Positions 26,609 through 38,233 of a stretch of DNA of 64,000 nucleotides are shown piece by piece. The position numbers and the translations under genes are program-made. The stretch comes from Somniosus microcephalus (lineage: Eukaryota), in assembly GCA_052327205.1 (NCBI GenBank), contig CM126218.1, forward strand, positions 67,952,001 through 68,016,000. The letters are read 5' to 3'. Numbering within the stretch: the stretch's first letter is position 1; every line of letters starts with the position of its first letter. The notes beneath the pieces are model-generated. The model was not told the origin of the DNA. It made no database searches and saw only the letters and a program-made list of their open reading frames with translations.

Positions 26609-28404
26609 ATGGAGAAGGCTAGGGAGCGAGCGCAGCACTTCAGCGAGGGTGCCCTGAAGGTACTGGTTGGCGCAGTGGAGCGCAGGCGACTTGTCCTCTT
26701 CCCTGATAGTGGCAGGAGGCCGCTGCCCAGCAAGTATAGAAAAGCCTGGAGGGAAGTGGCAAACAGGGTGACCTCCAACAGCATGGTTGCCAGGACTCCT
26801 GTGCAATGCAGAAAAAAGTTCAACGACCTCACTCGGGTTGTCAGGGTGAGTATCCTTTCCAGTATCCTCCTCATCCCTGCATATGCACCTCACTTTATGG
26901 CCAAAGGGACCTGAAAGCCCCAATGCCCAGCCCTCATCCAACAGCTATGGGACTCTCATGAAAATCACTTGCACATTCAGCACTTTACACACTGTCAGGG
27001 CTATTCCACCATGGGAGGCAGTGCAGGCAAGATCAGGGCTTGACACTGTCAGGGCTATTCCACCATGGGAGGCAGTGCAGGCAAGATCAGGGCTTGACAC
27101 TGTCAGGGCTATTCCACCATGGGAGGCAGTGCAGGCCAGATCAGGGCTTGACACTGTACTGAGAGGCCATCCTTTCTCTTGCAGGGCAAGCTGGCCCACA
27201 ATCGCAGGCAGCAGCGACGGACCGGGGAGGCCGTCCTGACCTCAAAGAGCTCAGCGACCTGGAGCAGCGTGTGGAGCGCATTATGGCAGGCCAGCTGATT
27301 GGCCCCGTCGCCAGTGGAGATGCCGACCCTGTTCTGGACAGCAATGGTAAGGTCATCACCTTTTTGACCTCTCTCTTTCCACTTGTGCCTCACACCAGCA
27401 TCCTTTGCCACTATCGTACCAATGCAGTGCATAGCAGCACTTATGCCTCCCTCGCTGCCGTCCTGTCCTCACTCTAAAGCAACTCTTGTGCCTCCCTGCT
27501 TTCAGATGCTGAATCGCCAGGTGAGGAGGCGGGCCCTCAAGCTGCCACTGTCAGTGATTCTGAATTCGAGGGGAAGAGGAAGCTGGCCCATCAGTGCCAC
27601 CCTCAGCCGAGGCAGCCCATGGCCATGATGGGGACATGTCTTCCCTGGAAGGGAGCAGGGGGGAAGGGTCTGAGGAGAGTGAAGCTCCGGGGCCCAGCGG
27701 GCTGCAGCAACGCAGGAAGCTCGGCGGCCTTCTCCCCGGAGGGTGAGTGCAGCCTCCAGTCCTGCTACAGTGAGCGTAGAGGAGGTGCGGCTCCTTGGTG
27801 AAATGGGCGCTCAGGCTGAGCGCAGGCACACTGAGCTCATGGCTGCAGTGGCAAGGATGCCTGACCCCATAGAGTCACTGGCAAGGAGTGCTCAGGAATT
27901 CGGGGCAGCACAGGCCAGGAGTCTGCAAGAATTCAATGCAGCACAGGCAAGGAGTCTGCAGGACTTCGCGACAGCCAAGTGCTCAGTCGTGCCATGCATT
28001 CACTGGCTGGTCTGATGCAGACACAAATCAGGGCCACACGGGCACTAACTGCTGCCACCCTCGCTGGGTCGGCCAGGCATCGCCAGGGCCCTCGCCGCGC
28101 CGCAGCAGCCCAGCAGTCTGTGCTTCAGCAGATTGCTGCGTATGCTGCAGTGCTGGCCCGTGCGAGTGCCAGTGTATCAGCCGACCAGGGAGTGCCTGTG
28201 CTCTGTCAGGTTGGCAGCATTCCTGCAGCCAACACTGTCACTCCTCCACTGCAGCTGCCACCACCCGCAGGACAGACTGCTGCCGCCCAAGCAGAGTTGG
28301 AGCAGTCAGCAGCCGGGCCCTCCAGGCCGTCCCCCAAGGGCATCTGCCGTCTCACCCTCAGCAGCCTTCCCCCAGCCTTGCTGCAGCCACTGGGGTCCCA
28401 TTGA
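26609..28404 (+). pseudogene. Harbinger Myb/SANT-like DNA-binding protein gene (3 exons, frameshifted)
   Basis: Exon 1 (26609-26845) reads MEKARERAQHFSEGALKVLV...KAWREVA...RTPVQCRKKFNDL then GTGAGT. Exon 2 (27185-27346) reads KLAHNRRQQRRTG with a 1-nt frameshift in a G run. Exon 3 starts at 27506. The 3' end is approximate. Confidence 0.85.
26988..27157. repeat. 54-bp tandem repeat x3 in intron 1 of the Myb/SANT gene
   Basis: ACACTGTCAGGGCTATTCCACCATGGGAGGCAGTGCAGGCAAGATCAGGGCTTG, near-identical copies. Confidence 0.95.
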
Positions 28405-28504
28405 GGAGGAGCTGCAGGGCGGGAAGGGGCCACTCGCGGAAGCGAGGCGGATCACCCTCGCTGGGGAAAAAGTACACAGTGTGGCCAAATGTTTTTTTTT
28501 ATAT

Positions 28505-28610
28505 ATGAAGGCCGAGAAGGTTTTTTTTAATATATGAAGGCCGAGACTGTTGTGTTTGTTTTTTATGAAGGCCGAGACTGTTGTGTTTGTTTTTTATATG
28601 AAGGCCGAGG
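28505..28610. repeat. Four copies of ATGAAGGCCGAG with T-rich spacers, between the convergent Harbinger genes
   Basis: Directly visible, period about 30 bp. Confidence 0.9.
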
Positions 28611-28872
28611 ATCATGGTCATTTTTGTTTAACTGTTTTTTTCATTTTCTGAAGGTTGAGAGAGCCAGTTATGTCTGACTGTTTTTTGGGGAGGTTTATCT
28701 GAATGAGTTTGTCATGCGGGAAGGGCACAGAGTTTGCACAGTAAAAAAGTTTCTTCAATCACATTGTCCATGTTTGCACTTTGAACTATTTGTTGCCTTG
28801 ACCGGCTGAGGGCTTGCGGAGTGGCTCCATTCATGTTCTTTCAATGGCACAAGCCATTCCCTGAGAGGGGGC

Positions 28873-29957
28873 CTAGAACCAAGTTGCAATAAGCCACCGA
28901 CGGACGGCCCTTGCACTTTGTGCCTCCCTCCCGTCTTGGTGCTCCTCCTCCTCTTCTGGTGGTCCTCCAATGTCTGCTGGCAGTGGCTGAGTCCTGACGA
29001 TAGCCAGGTTGTGCAGCATGCAGCACACTACAACGAAATGGGAGACTCGCTCAGGCGAGTACTGTAGGGCTCCTCCGGAACGATCCAGACAGCGGAACCG
29101 TTGCTTGAGCACGCTGATTGTGTGCTCAATGATGTTCCTGGTAGCTTGATGGCTGTCATTGTATCGCTTTTCAGCAGGGGTGCTGGGCGCACGGAGCGGG
29201 GTCATCAGCCAGGTGCACAAAGGATAGCCTTTGTCCCAAAGAAGCCATCCTCGTGGGTGAGCCTGGGCTTCGAAAATGTCTGCCACAGAATGAAGGCATC
29301 GTGGCTGCTGCCTGGAAAGCGGGCATTGACAGCTAGTATGAGCTGCCTGTGGTCACACACCAACTGGACGTTGAGCGAATGGTAGCCCTTCCGGTTGCGG
29401 TAATCCTCGGCATTCTGTAGAGGTGCCCGCAAAGCCACATGCGTGCAGTCAATGGCACCCTGGACCATGGGGAAGCCCACTATTCCTCCAAATCCCATTG
29501 CACGCTCTTGCTGCTTGTCCAGGGTCATGGGGAAGGAGATGTACTAACGTCTCCTTCTGAAAAGGGCATTGGTCACCTGGCGGATGCAGCAATGTACCGC
29601 GAACTGGGAGATGCTGGCAATGTCCCCAGTAGCGGATTGGAAGGAGCTGGTGGCGTAGAAGTTGAGAGCCACCGCCACCTTCACTGCCACCGACAGAGAC
29701 GTCCTGCTCCTCAGCTGTGGCTGCAGATCTCTGCGAAGCAGGTGGCAGATCTCAGTGACCACCTCCCTTCTGAATCGCAGCCTCCGAACACACTGCTCCT
29801 CAGACATGTTCAGATATGAGAACTGCTGGCGGTATACCCTGGGTGGGTAAGGCCTCCTGTGCTGACGCCTGTTGGCCCTTCTCCGTCTGGCCATGACTGG
29901 CACTCTCTCACGGCGTCTGAGCCCTTTGAATGCAATGCAGTAAGCCAACGTTTCCAC
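28873..29957 (-). pseudogene. Harbinger (HARBI1-like) DDE transposase, disabled
   Basis: Motifs GAIDCTHV, NRKGYHSLNVQLVCD, PGSSHDAFIL, DKGYP and RNIIEHTISVLKQRFRCL. There is an in-frame TAG at 29544-29546 and a frameshifting deletion near 29286. Confidence 0.93.
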
Positions 29958-32900
29958 CCACTGCAGCCCCCATTATATGTGGCGACTCAAGTTAAATCCA
30001 AGTGCAAAGCTCTGGCCTGAAGCACCTCTGCGAGTGCGGAGTCAAACCAGAAAGCTCTCTCCCTTTGTCTCTCTCCAAATATCCATCTCTCACAAAATGG
30101 CTGCCACTTATAATGCAGGAGGAGTCCCCTTTAAATAGCGCCCCCCCCCCCCCGGCGCCCCGTTCCCCATTACCAGTCACTGGGGGCGCCAGGCGCACAG
30201 AAGGGCGGCGCCACTGAAGTTTCGGTTCGGGGCGCACCAAGGGCGTTGCACCATGAAATGACGTCAGGATCTGCGCACGCAGCTGAGCGGGCGCTGCGGT
30301 TTTGCGCCGCCGCTAAATCTTGAGTGAAGTTCGCGAGAGGCGCAGATCGCGCCGTGCCCGGGCGCTAGCCGCTTAGCGCCCCACTTCTCCTCCTAAGGCG
30401 CTAGCGGCTGGCGCTAACAACTGAATTTCTAGGCCAATATGTTCTAGAGATTTAGCCAACTGTACCAAGTTGCATTTGCATAACACTTTCACACAATAAA
30501 ACATTTCAAAGAACTCTATATAGTGGGAATCAGTGGTCATCAGGCACAAGAGGGAGCTAGAAAGGTGATTGTAGTCAAAAAAAAGTGGAGGTTTTGAGGA
30601 GATTCTGAAGGGGAGGTGTGGGAAGGCAGATGTGTACCTGAAATGCAGACCAGTTAACTGAACATCTGCATGGGGGCAGAATTAAGTTTATGATGCAGAA
30701 TGTGATCACTGGTCATCTATGGGGGGAAATGGACCATAACTAGTCAACATGAATTTCACATCCTCAGGATGCCTCAAAGCACTTCACAAACAATTAGTTC
30801 ATTTTGAAGTGTAGTCATTGTTCTTATATAGGCATAGACCAACTAACCTTGTGGCTATGCTTGCAGCTTTTTCCTCCCATCTTATTGCACTAAGTGGTTA
30901 GATGGAAATGGAGTTCGCCATTCATGTAACACTCTGACATGCAACAAAGCCCAGTACTAAAACGGCAAAAGAAAATCACCACAAACATCCGTGTGGAATT
31001 CTTGTTGCACTTGCATTGCAGAGCAAATTTGATATGTGAAGCTATGGGACATATTGCAAGACTGACTCCCTAAAAGCACTCTTGGGAAAACATGTACTCA
31101 CTTACTGCAGGGCAGATCTGACAGCCAGCCTTTAGGGCTCCGAGTACCTTAGTACTTTCTCTCATTGTGAAGAGATGTGACTTGCGTTGTGATGCCACTT
31201 TTCAACAGTCACATTGGGTACTACAAACTCTCTTCTTTCATCCCCCAGCATCTCCCCTCAAAGCAGAGACTCATGCTGGCACAGGCAACCTTGCCCACGC
31301 AACTAATTTGCATATGCGACGAGACAGTGTTGTCAGGCAATTCAACTGTGGAAGGCATCACAGCTCAACCCAATCTCATCCTCACCTAACATCCATGCAC
31401 TCAATTTTAAGCAGAAATGGCTGGATGGAGATCAATATTGGAAACACTGGCTGATGTTTTCCCTCTCTTGTCTGGGAAAAGTGAGGCCACCCACCCAGTC
31501 CAGAATCATCCAAATGAGAATTTTCTCAGCGAGTATACAGTACTTAACACTGATAAATCTAAAGTGTTTGCGATTGGCAACTGCTTTGCTGAATATTTTC
31601 ACTCCATCCACAGGCATGGTCCTGACCTTCCTGCCCCTTCCCACTCTGACCAGCCTCCTTACACTCTTCACAACAAGCTCACCGCAAACATCAGTAACTG
31701 TATGTAGTCTTCCTCCTGGTCTGAACAATGACATCAGCAACTACTGATGGTAGCCATCTCCCCCACCCCCCCCCCCCACCTCTATTGTTCTGCCAGTTTT
31801 TCTCCATTCTGTTCAGCAGTCTGTCCAGTGCCTTTTCACAGCCATAGATGATTATTTTTGGCCATCATCCTTTCATTCCTTCCCCAGTTTTCAAAAGTAA
31901 AATCCCATTCACAGGCCATTAAACCTCAGTGCTGCTCTCTACTGGTATTTAACATATTTGACCTTGCAGCCTTCACCCATTGACCTCTGTTTTGGTCGGA
32001 CCCATAAAGCGTCTCGCCTGGCTATCCATCTTGAAGTTCTGAGGGGTCTCTACCTGAAATGTTAACCTGTCTTCTCTCTCTTTGGACACTACTATGCAAT
32101 TGCCTTTCTTGTAGATAAAATCTGAAATCAAACAGCAGTTTTAAAACAGGTCAGCCGGTCACTGCAGCAAAGCCCCAAATCTCAAACATAGAGGGAGGGA
32201 GAAATCATACAAAACTGCAATTCCCCCCTGCCCCCAAAGTCTCGGTGTTCCTTCTCCGAAAAGGCAACAGCTCCAATCGAGGTACATTTCTACAGGCATC
32301 AGCTGTTCTTTGGTACCTCACCCATATGTGAGTACTTTCTTGTAGGAGTCACTGGACAGTAATGAGGAACAAGATCTCTGGCTGATTTTTCTCCTCCCTA
32401 GCCCCAAGACACTGAGGCCAGTTTTAGCATTGAAACTCTGTAGAGGTGTCTGGATGATGTGATGTTGAAACCATAGCCCTCTATGGAAGGAGAAGCTAGA
32501 TGAGCCTGTTGGCCTCTTGCATGAACTGGTGGCCACGTGAAGATCAGTCCAGTTATTACAGACAGGTCAAACTCGAGGATTCAGATCTATGTGCTTTCAT
32601 TACTATGCGCTTTCATTACTATGCTTGTGTTATCGAGGGAAGCCCATTTAGAGCTTTTTCATGTTTTTTGTCTTGCTGACAGCAATAAATTAGGTCTCAG
32701 GTAGCAAACACCAGTAAAATCTCAAATAGCCACCCAAAGGTTTCTCGATGGAATAAGGAGGCCCGAGATGTTCTGGCACCAACATGTGGCATCATGTCAA
32801 GACACAGTAGCAGCACTCATGATGGCTCATATGAATATAAATTAGAAATCACTACATACCAAATGACCTCAACTGGCAAATTTATCAACAGTTACACAGC

Positions 32901-32994
32901 CTACTCAAAAAAAATGAGAATGATTCCAGGCTTTAAGGGAGTAAGTTACGGAGAAACAGCCAGGAGAAAGCAGTCTGTTTTATCAATACCCCAT

Positions 32995-33385
32995 CCACCA
33001 CCTTAAACATTCACTCCCTCCACTACCTGCGCACTATGTCTGCAGTGTGTACCATCTACAAGATGCACTGCAGCAACTCGCCAAGGCTTCTTTGACAGCA
33101 TCTCCCAAACCCACAATCTCCACCATCTACTTGGACAAGGGCAGCAGGCCCATGGGAACACCACCACCTCCAAGTTCCCCTCCAAGTCACACACCATCCT
33201 GACTTGGAACTATATCGCCGTTCGTTCGTCAGTAGATCAAAATCCTGGAACTCCCTCCCTAACAGCACTGTGGGAGTACCCTCACCACACGGACTGCAGC
33301 GGTTCAAGAAGGCAGCTCATCGCCACCTTCTCAAGGGCAACTAGGGATGGGCAATAACGCCCACATCCCAAGAATGAATAAATCA
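32995..33385 (+). mobile_element. LINE 3' end (CR1/L2-group)
   Basis: RT C-terminal-like ...LNIHSLHY...WNSLPNSTV.... The tail gggcaactagggatgggcaat...cccacatcc...gaatgaat is shared with about 46255-46460. Confidence 0.65.
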
Positions 33386-33895
33386 AAGAAAAGAAAGGCT
33401 GAAGCAACTAAACATTTTCATCGATAAAACTGATGGGAGATGTGATACAAGTCTTCAAAATAATGAAAGTAAATAATGAAGTAAACAAGCTATTTAAACT
33501 TGGACAACTGAGCATACAACCAGGGGACACAAAATTCACCAGCCTCAAAAAAATGCGAAGAAAAACTTCATCACTGAACAATGGATATATCGAACAAACT
33601 CCCAGAGAAGGGGAGTTCTGCTGAAAGGTCATCGATCTGAAACATTAACTGTTTCTCTCGCCACAGGTCCTGTTTTAATCCGAGAACGGACTTGATTCAG
33701 GGACAACTGACACCTTTGAGCTGGGTCAAATCCATCGATAAGTGGCCGGGGACAGTGTGCGAGAAGGGCTAGAGTGATATTAACAACACGGCTCGATTTT
33801 ATTCCAGGGGAGTACACGATAGAATCATCGTGCATGGGCTGGAGTTTCTCATGTTATTGTCATCAAAATCTGATACAAGACAAACATATGAAAAG

Positions 33896-34093
33896 CAGAA
33901 TAAAAACAGAAAATGCTGGAAATACTCAGGTCAGGCAGCATCCGTGGAAAGAGAGAGAGTTTGGACGAAAGGTCATCGACCTGAAACATTAACTCTGTTT
34001 CTCTCTCCACAAATGCTGTCTGACCTGCTGAGTATTTCCAGCATTTTCTGTTTTTATTTCAGATTTCCAGCATCTGCAGTATTTTGCTTTTGT
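33896..34093 (+). mobile_element. Minimal (~200 bp) Penelope-derived foldback unit with a central hammerhead-like motif
   Basis: Inverted pLTR end followed by the forward pLTR and tail. The 10-bp TSD ATATGAAAAG lies at 33886 and 34094. Confidence 0.8.
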
Positions 34094-36342
34094 ATATGAA
34101 AAGTGGAAATAAGAGCCGACTAGAATTCAATATCACCTTAAGCAACAATGAAGATTTCTAGAGCATTTTACTGCCAGGAACCGCAAGTTGACAACTTCTG
34201 CAGGTAAACTCTCTACATTCGGGGTGAAGGGATTTGTATTTGATGGTGATGGTCGGAATAAAGTCACAGATAAGCCATGTATGGAAAGGGCACAAGTGGG
34301 ACGTTTTGCTGAAATGTGAAGTTAACCACTACATGAACGCTGACCTCTCGACTAACCATCTGTTTTGTGTGCGTGCAGTGTGGAATATTCTCTAAGCACC
34401 TGCTTCTAATGAAAGCGCCTGTGTAAATAATCGAGGGCATCTCCCTAGGGGTCAGGAATGATTTTAATAAATGTTTGTTTTGCGTCTGTAGAACACAGTT
34501 GGAATAGATGGATAGCTTCATAAAAGGAGCTATATGTAGGGGCTGAGTTGAAGGTTCCAATTGCAAAATTCTGTATCATGCGCAAGATTAAGGCTACTAA
34601 TCCAGGTGCATCGTTGCAGGACTGCATTGCAAGGAACGCCAAGATGAAAAGAGTACTTAAAAGAATAGACAGATAAGCTCAAAGGAAAACTGTAGTCAAA
34701 TGATCTGCACAGCAATTTCACTGACATCAAAGATACAGGAATGGGCACACTACAAGAGAACAATCTCGCCCTCAATCATCCTAGTCTATCTGCTCAGCTG
34801 AAATGAGGAGCCGCTTTGTAAACAGCATTATTTCCACCGCGAGCAAACAAAACCCTGAATCATGTGCCATTCCTGAATGTTAAATTTTCACAACTCCTGG
34901 TCTTTCGCTATACTGTAATTCTCAGAAATTTCAGCACAGAAAGCCTTTTGACCCATGTCCATGCTAACTCCCCATCATAGCCATCTCCTCCAATCTCATT
35001 TCCATACACCTTTTAATATTTTTCTTGGCGTTTATCTAATTCACTCAAATGTCATGATTGACTTGACTACAAGTCACCCGCGATAACATATTCCATATTC
35101 TATTATTGTAATCCTTTGTGAAAAAATGTCTTCCAAACCTCTCCCTTTATTCTTCTAGTACAAATTCTGAATTTAGATTACATCTCTAGTTGTTTTTTTA
35201 TACATAAAAGTCTCATGATTAAAACCAGACACTTTAATACCTGATATCATCCTAGTAATTTCACTCCGCCACCCCACTGCCAGAAAACATCCTCCAGCTA
35301 TTGTGAATTTTTTTCAATGAGCATCTCAAAGTGTTGTGCTCTGCGACGCACTGAATTGCTGATTCCTCATATTATATGGCAGGGTTTCAGCCGATTCATT
35401 TTGTACACAAACTGCAATGTAGTAGTCTACACAATGATTTATTTTAATTCTCTTATAAAGAGGAATATCAACACTCCCTCAGTGCTTCAATTTGGTTAAT
35501 GCTCCACATGTTTTCTTACAAAGCTATAAAGACTGCAAGGGTCTTTGGTTTGAGATGCATTAGATCAGCTGAGGTAGAGTGGAGATGGCATTAAAATAGG
35601 ATTTGAGGGACCCTGGATTGTTTGGGTGGGGGCGGTAAAACCTAACAATAAAGAATCAGTCAGTCATTCAGGAGGATGCAACAGCGAGAGAAAGGTAAGG
35701 GGAAGGGAGATGGAAATATGAAAGCACTTCATCACACTTACTATAAAATTATTTACTTTGAATTGGCAACGACTTATATAGGGAGACACAACATTCATTT
35801 TGCACATTACAAAATACCACAAACAGCAATGAAATGAGTGGCCAGTTTTTCCCAAATAGTGGCATGGGATTTATAGCATCCACCTAAACCACTGGAATAG
35901 GCAGAGAGCGCCTTGGGTTTGTCAGAAGCACAGCTCCTCAAACGATGCTGCACTCTGTACGGAAAGTGCATTGTGTGTCTATGTTGGGCAAGAACAGATT
36001 CAGACTCAGCTTGGCTGCGACTCCTGCATGAACAGCCTGCCCGACATTCACTGTCCTGACTCATGCATGAAGATTGGCCTTATAGAGGAGATACTATAGC
36101 ACGAGTTACCATAGGAGGGAAGAAAATTAGAGAATGGGAAAAAAAATTAACCCTTTGAAAGACCATTTGCTAGACTGATCTGAAAGGGCAAACTCCAAGT
36201 TGCAAACAAACTGCTCAGAAGAGAGTTCAAACACACCACTATTGGGTAGTACAAATTGCAGAACCCTCAACAGCCATCATAACCATGTCAGTTTTTTTTT
36301 TAATTAAAAATTTCTGTTCAACTTCTACTCCTCTTCAGTCAT

Positions 36343-36515
36343 GGGGGTAATTTTGACTTTGTGCGATTGTGTAAAACAGGCGACAGGGAATTGGCAGCCC
36401 ATTTCACATCTCCCTCGATTTTTAGTTCTGTTAAATTAAATGGGGAGAGTTGTTAAATGGGTTGCCGATTTGCTACGACCCATTTTATACTATCACACAA
36501 AGTCAAAAGTCTGCC
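36343..36515. mobile_element. Palindromic MITE (Harbinger-like)
   Basis: ttttgactttgtgcgat...atcacacaaagtcaaaa; the whole element is an imperfect hairpin. TSD CAT. Confidence 0.7.
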
Positions 36516-37249
36516 CATGGTCTATTTCTAGGACAGTTTCTCACAGAGCAGAACCCTCACCCAAGTGGCCATTCTTGGGTATGTTGGTGGGTCGTGTGCC
36601 CACAGGAGGCAGCAAAAGAAATTTTCAAAACATGTATGCATTCTTTCCACAGCAGAAGTTGCTGGATAGTAAGCAGAAACGTGAATAACGGCTGATTTCT
36701 TTTCCACCTCCTTAGCCCAGGCCTGCTGAGGCCAACTGTAGAGCCCCATCTGCCACCCACTAACTCAGTACAGACCAGGAAATGAACATGCCACCTTCTC
36801 GTTAGTGTTGCATAGTACTACACCAGACGGTGCCTCTAGCCAATAGGGAGCCTAACTATGAATATTCAGTGTCTTTGAGCATCTAGCTCTGAGCATTAAC
36901 CTTCAGTTTTTTTTTATCATTTCAGATGAAGAAATTTCAAAGCAAGTGTTTTCCATTTAATGTGAGGTAGCAGATGGTGATGTCACACCACTTGCTGCGG
37001 TTGGCTAAAGAACATAGGGAAACGACAATACAAACATAGGCTCCTCTTTTTAAAAAAAATTGATTCCATAAAACAGGATTATGCTGGTAATTAAACAGAA
37101 GATGTGTTAACTACCGTCCTGCGCGCTGCTGAAAGCAGACGACAGCTCCCAGGGAGCTAAAACGAGCGGCCAGCCTGCCCGCCTCAGCTGCTCTCACCGC
37201 CTAGACTGCGGATAGGCTGGTAAAATTCAGTCAGGTTTTGGTTAAACTA

Positions 37250-37898
37250 ATACAAAAAGAAAATACTGCAGATGCTGGAAATCTGAAATAAAAACAGAAA
37301 ATGCTGGAGATACTCAGCAGGTCAGGCAGCATCTGTGAAGAGAGAAACAGAGTTAACGTTTCAGGTCGATGACCTTTCGTCAGAACTGGAAAAAAGCAGG
37401 AAATGGAACAGATTTTTAAGCAAGTGTAAGGGCTGGGAAAGGGGGGGAGGGGATGAAAGAACAAAAGGGAAGGTCTGTGATAGAATAGAAGGCAGGAGAG
37501 GTTAAGAGACATTAAGAGATATTCAAGGCAAAAGGAGATGGTAATGGGACAGGTTAAGAAACAAAGGATGGCTCTAGATGAAGTGTGAATTGCGCTGGCA
37601 GAATGAAAGACAGCTGCCCTGTGGGAGAGAAGAAAAAAAAGACAGACAAAAAGTGTGGATAAAAAATGTGATAGGGGCCGAGGTTATGATCTGAAATTGT
37701 TGAACTCTATGTTGAGTCCAGAGGGCTGTAATGTGCCTAATCAAAAGATGAGGTGCTGCTCCTTCAGCTTACGCTGAGCTTCCGTGGAACAATGCAAGAG
37801 GCCGAGGACAGCGAGGTCTGAGTGGGAGTGGAGCGGAGAATTAAAGTGACAGGCAATCGGAAGCTCAGGGTCCCCCTTACGGGCTGAACGGAGGTGTA
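37250..37898 (-). mobile_element. Penelope-like 3' fragment (GIY-YIG C-terminus and pLTR)
   Basis: Reverse-complement homology to 11590-12165. TSD TAAACTA at 37243 and 37899. Confidence 0.88.
37348..37389 (-). ncRNA. Minimal type I hammerhead ribozyme motif in a Penelope pLTR
   Basis: ccagtt-CUGACGA-a-AGGUC(auc)GACCU-GAAA-CG-UUA-acucug: intact core, helix II and palindromic AACGUU helix III. Confidence 0.8.
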
Positions 37899-38037
37899 TA
37901 AACTAGGGCTATGTTTGAATCAGGACTTCCATAAACTGAAAATTAAACAGCATATTTGCAAATCATTCAGCAATTTCACTCAAAACAAAATTCAAGCCTA
38001 CCAAAGGGATTAGGTTTTTAAAATGCTCCCCTCCTTG

Positions 38038-38152
38038 TAGATCAAACTCCTTCCATTTACCCCACTATAGAATCCCAATAGACAAACTCTTTCCATTTAC
38101 CCCATTGTATAGAATCCCAATAGATTAACTCTTTCTATTTATCCCCATTATA
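38038..38152. repeat. Imperfect ~41-43 bp tandem repeat x3
   Basis: taga..aactc.ttccatttacccca.tatagaatcccaa repeated. Confidence 0.8.
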
Positions 38153-38233
38153 GCATTCCTAATGTCAAGTAAAAAAAAAGTATTTCATTCTTGTGTTTAA
38201 ATAGTCCAGACACGAGCTTCACAGAAACACAAT

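Larger units (their letters stand above)
26248..30435. mobile_element. Full-length PIF/Harbinger DNA transposon (two convergent genes, disabled)
   Basis: Perfect 16-bp TIRs GGCCTAGAAATTCAGT, 3-bp TSD AAT, a Myb/SANT gene on + and a DDE transposase on -. Confidence 0.95.

Noticed and set aside
26883-27239. ORF with an 18-aa repeat (TVRAIPPWEAVQARSGLD)
   Set aside because: It lies in the GT-AG intron of the Myb/SANT gene and is simply the translated 54-bp repeat.
28873-29957. Domesticated host gene HARBI1
   Set aside because: It is bounded by TIRs and a TSD, is disabled, and has a paralogous fragment at 50.6-51.2 kb, so it is a transposon copy.
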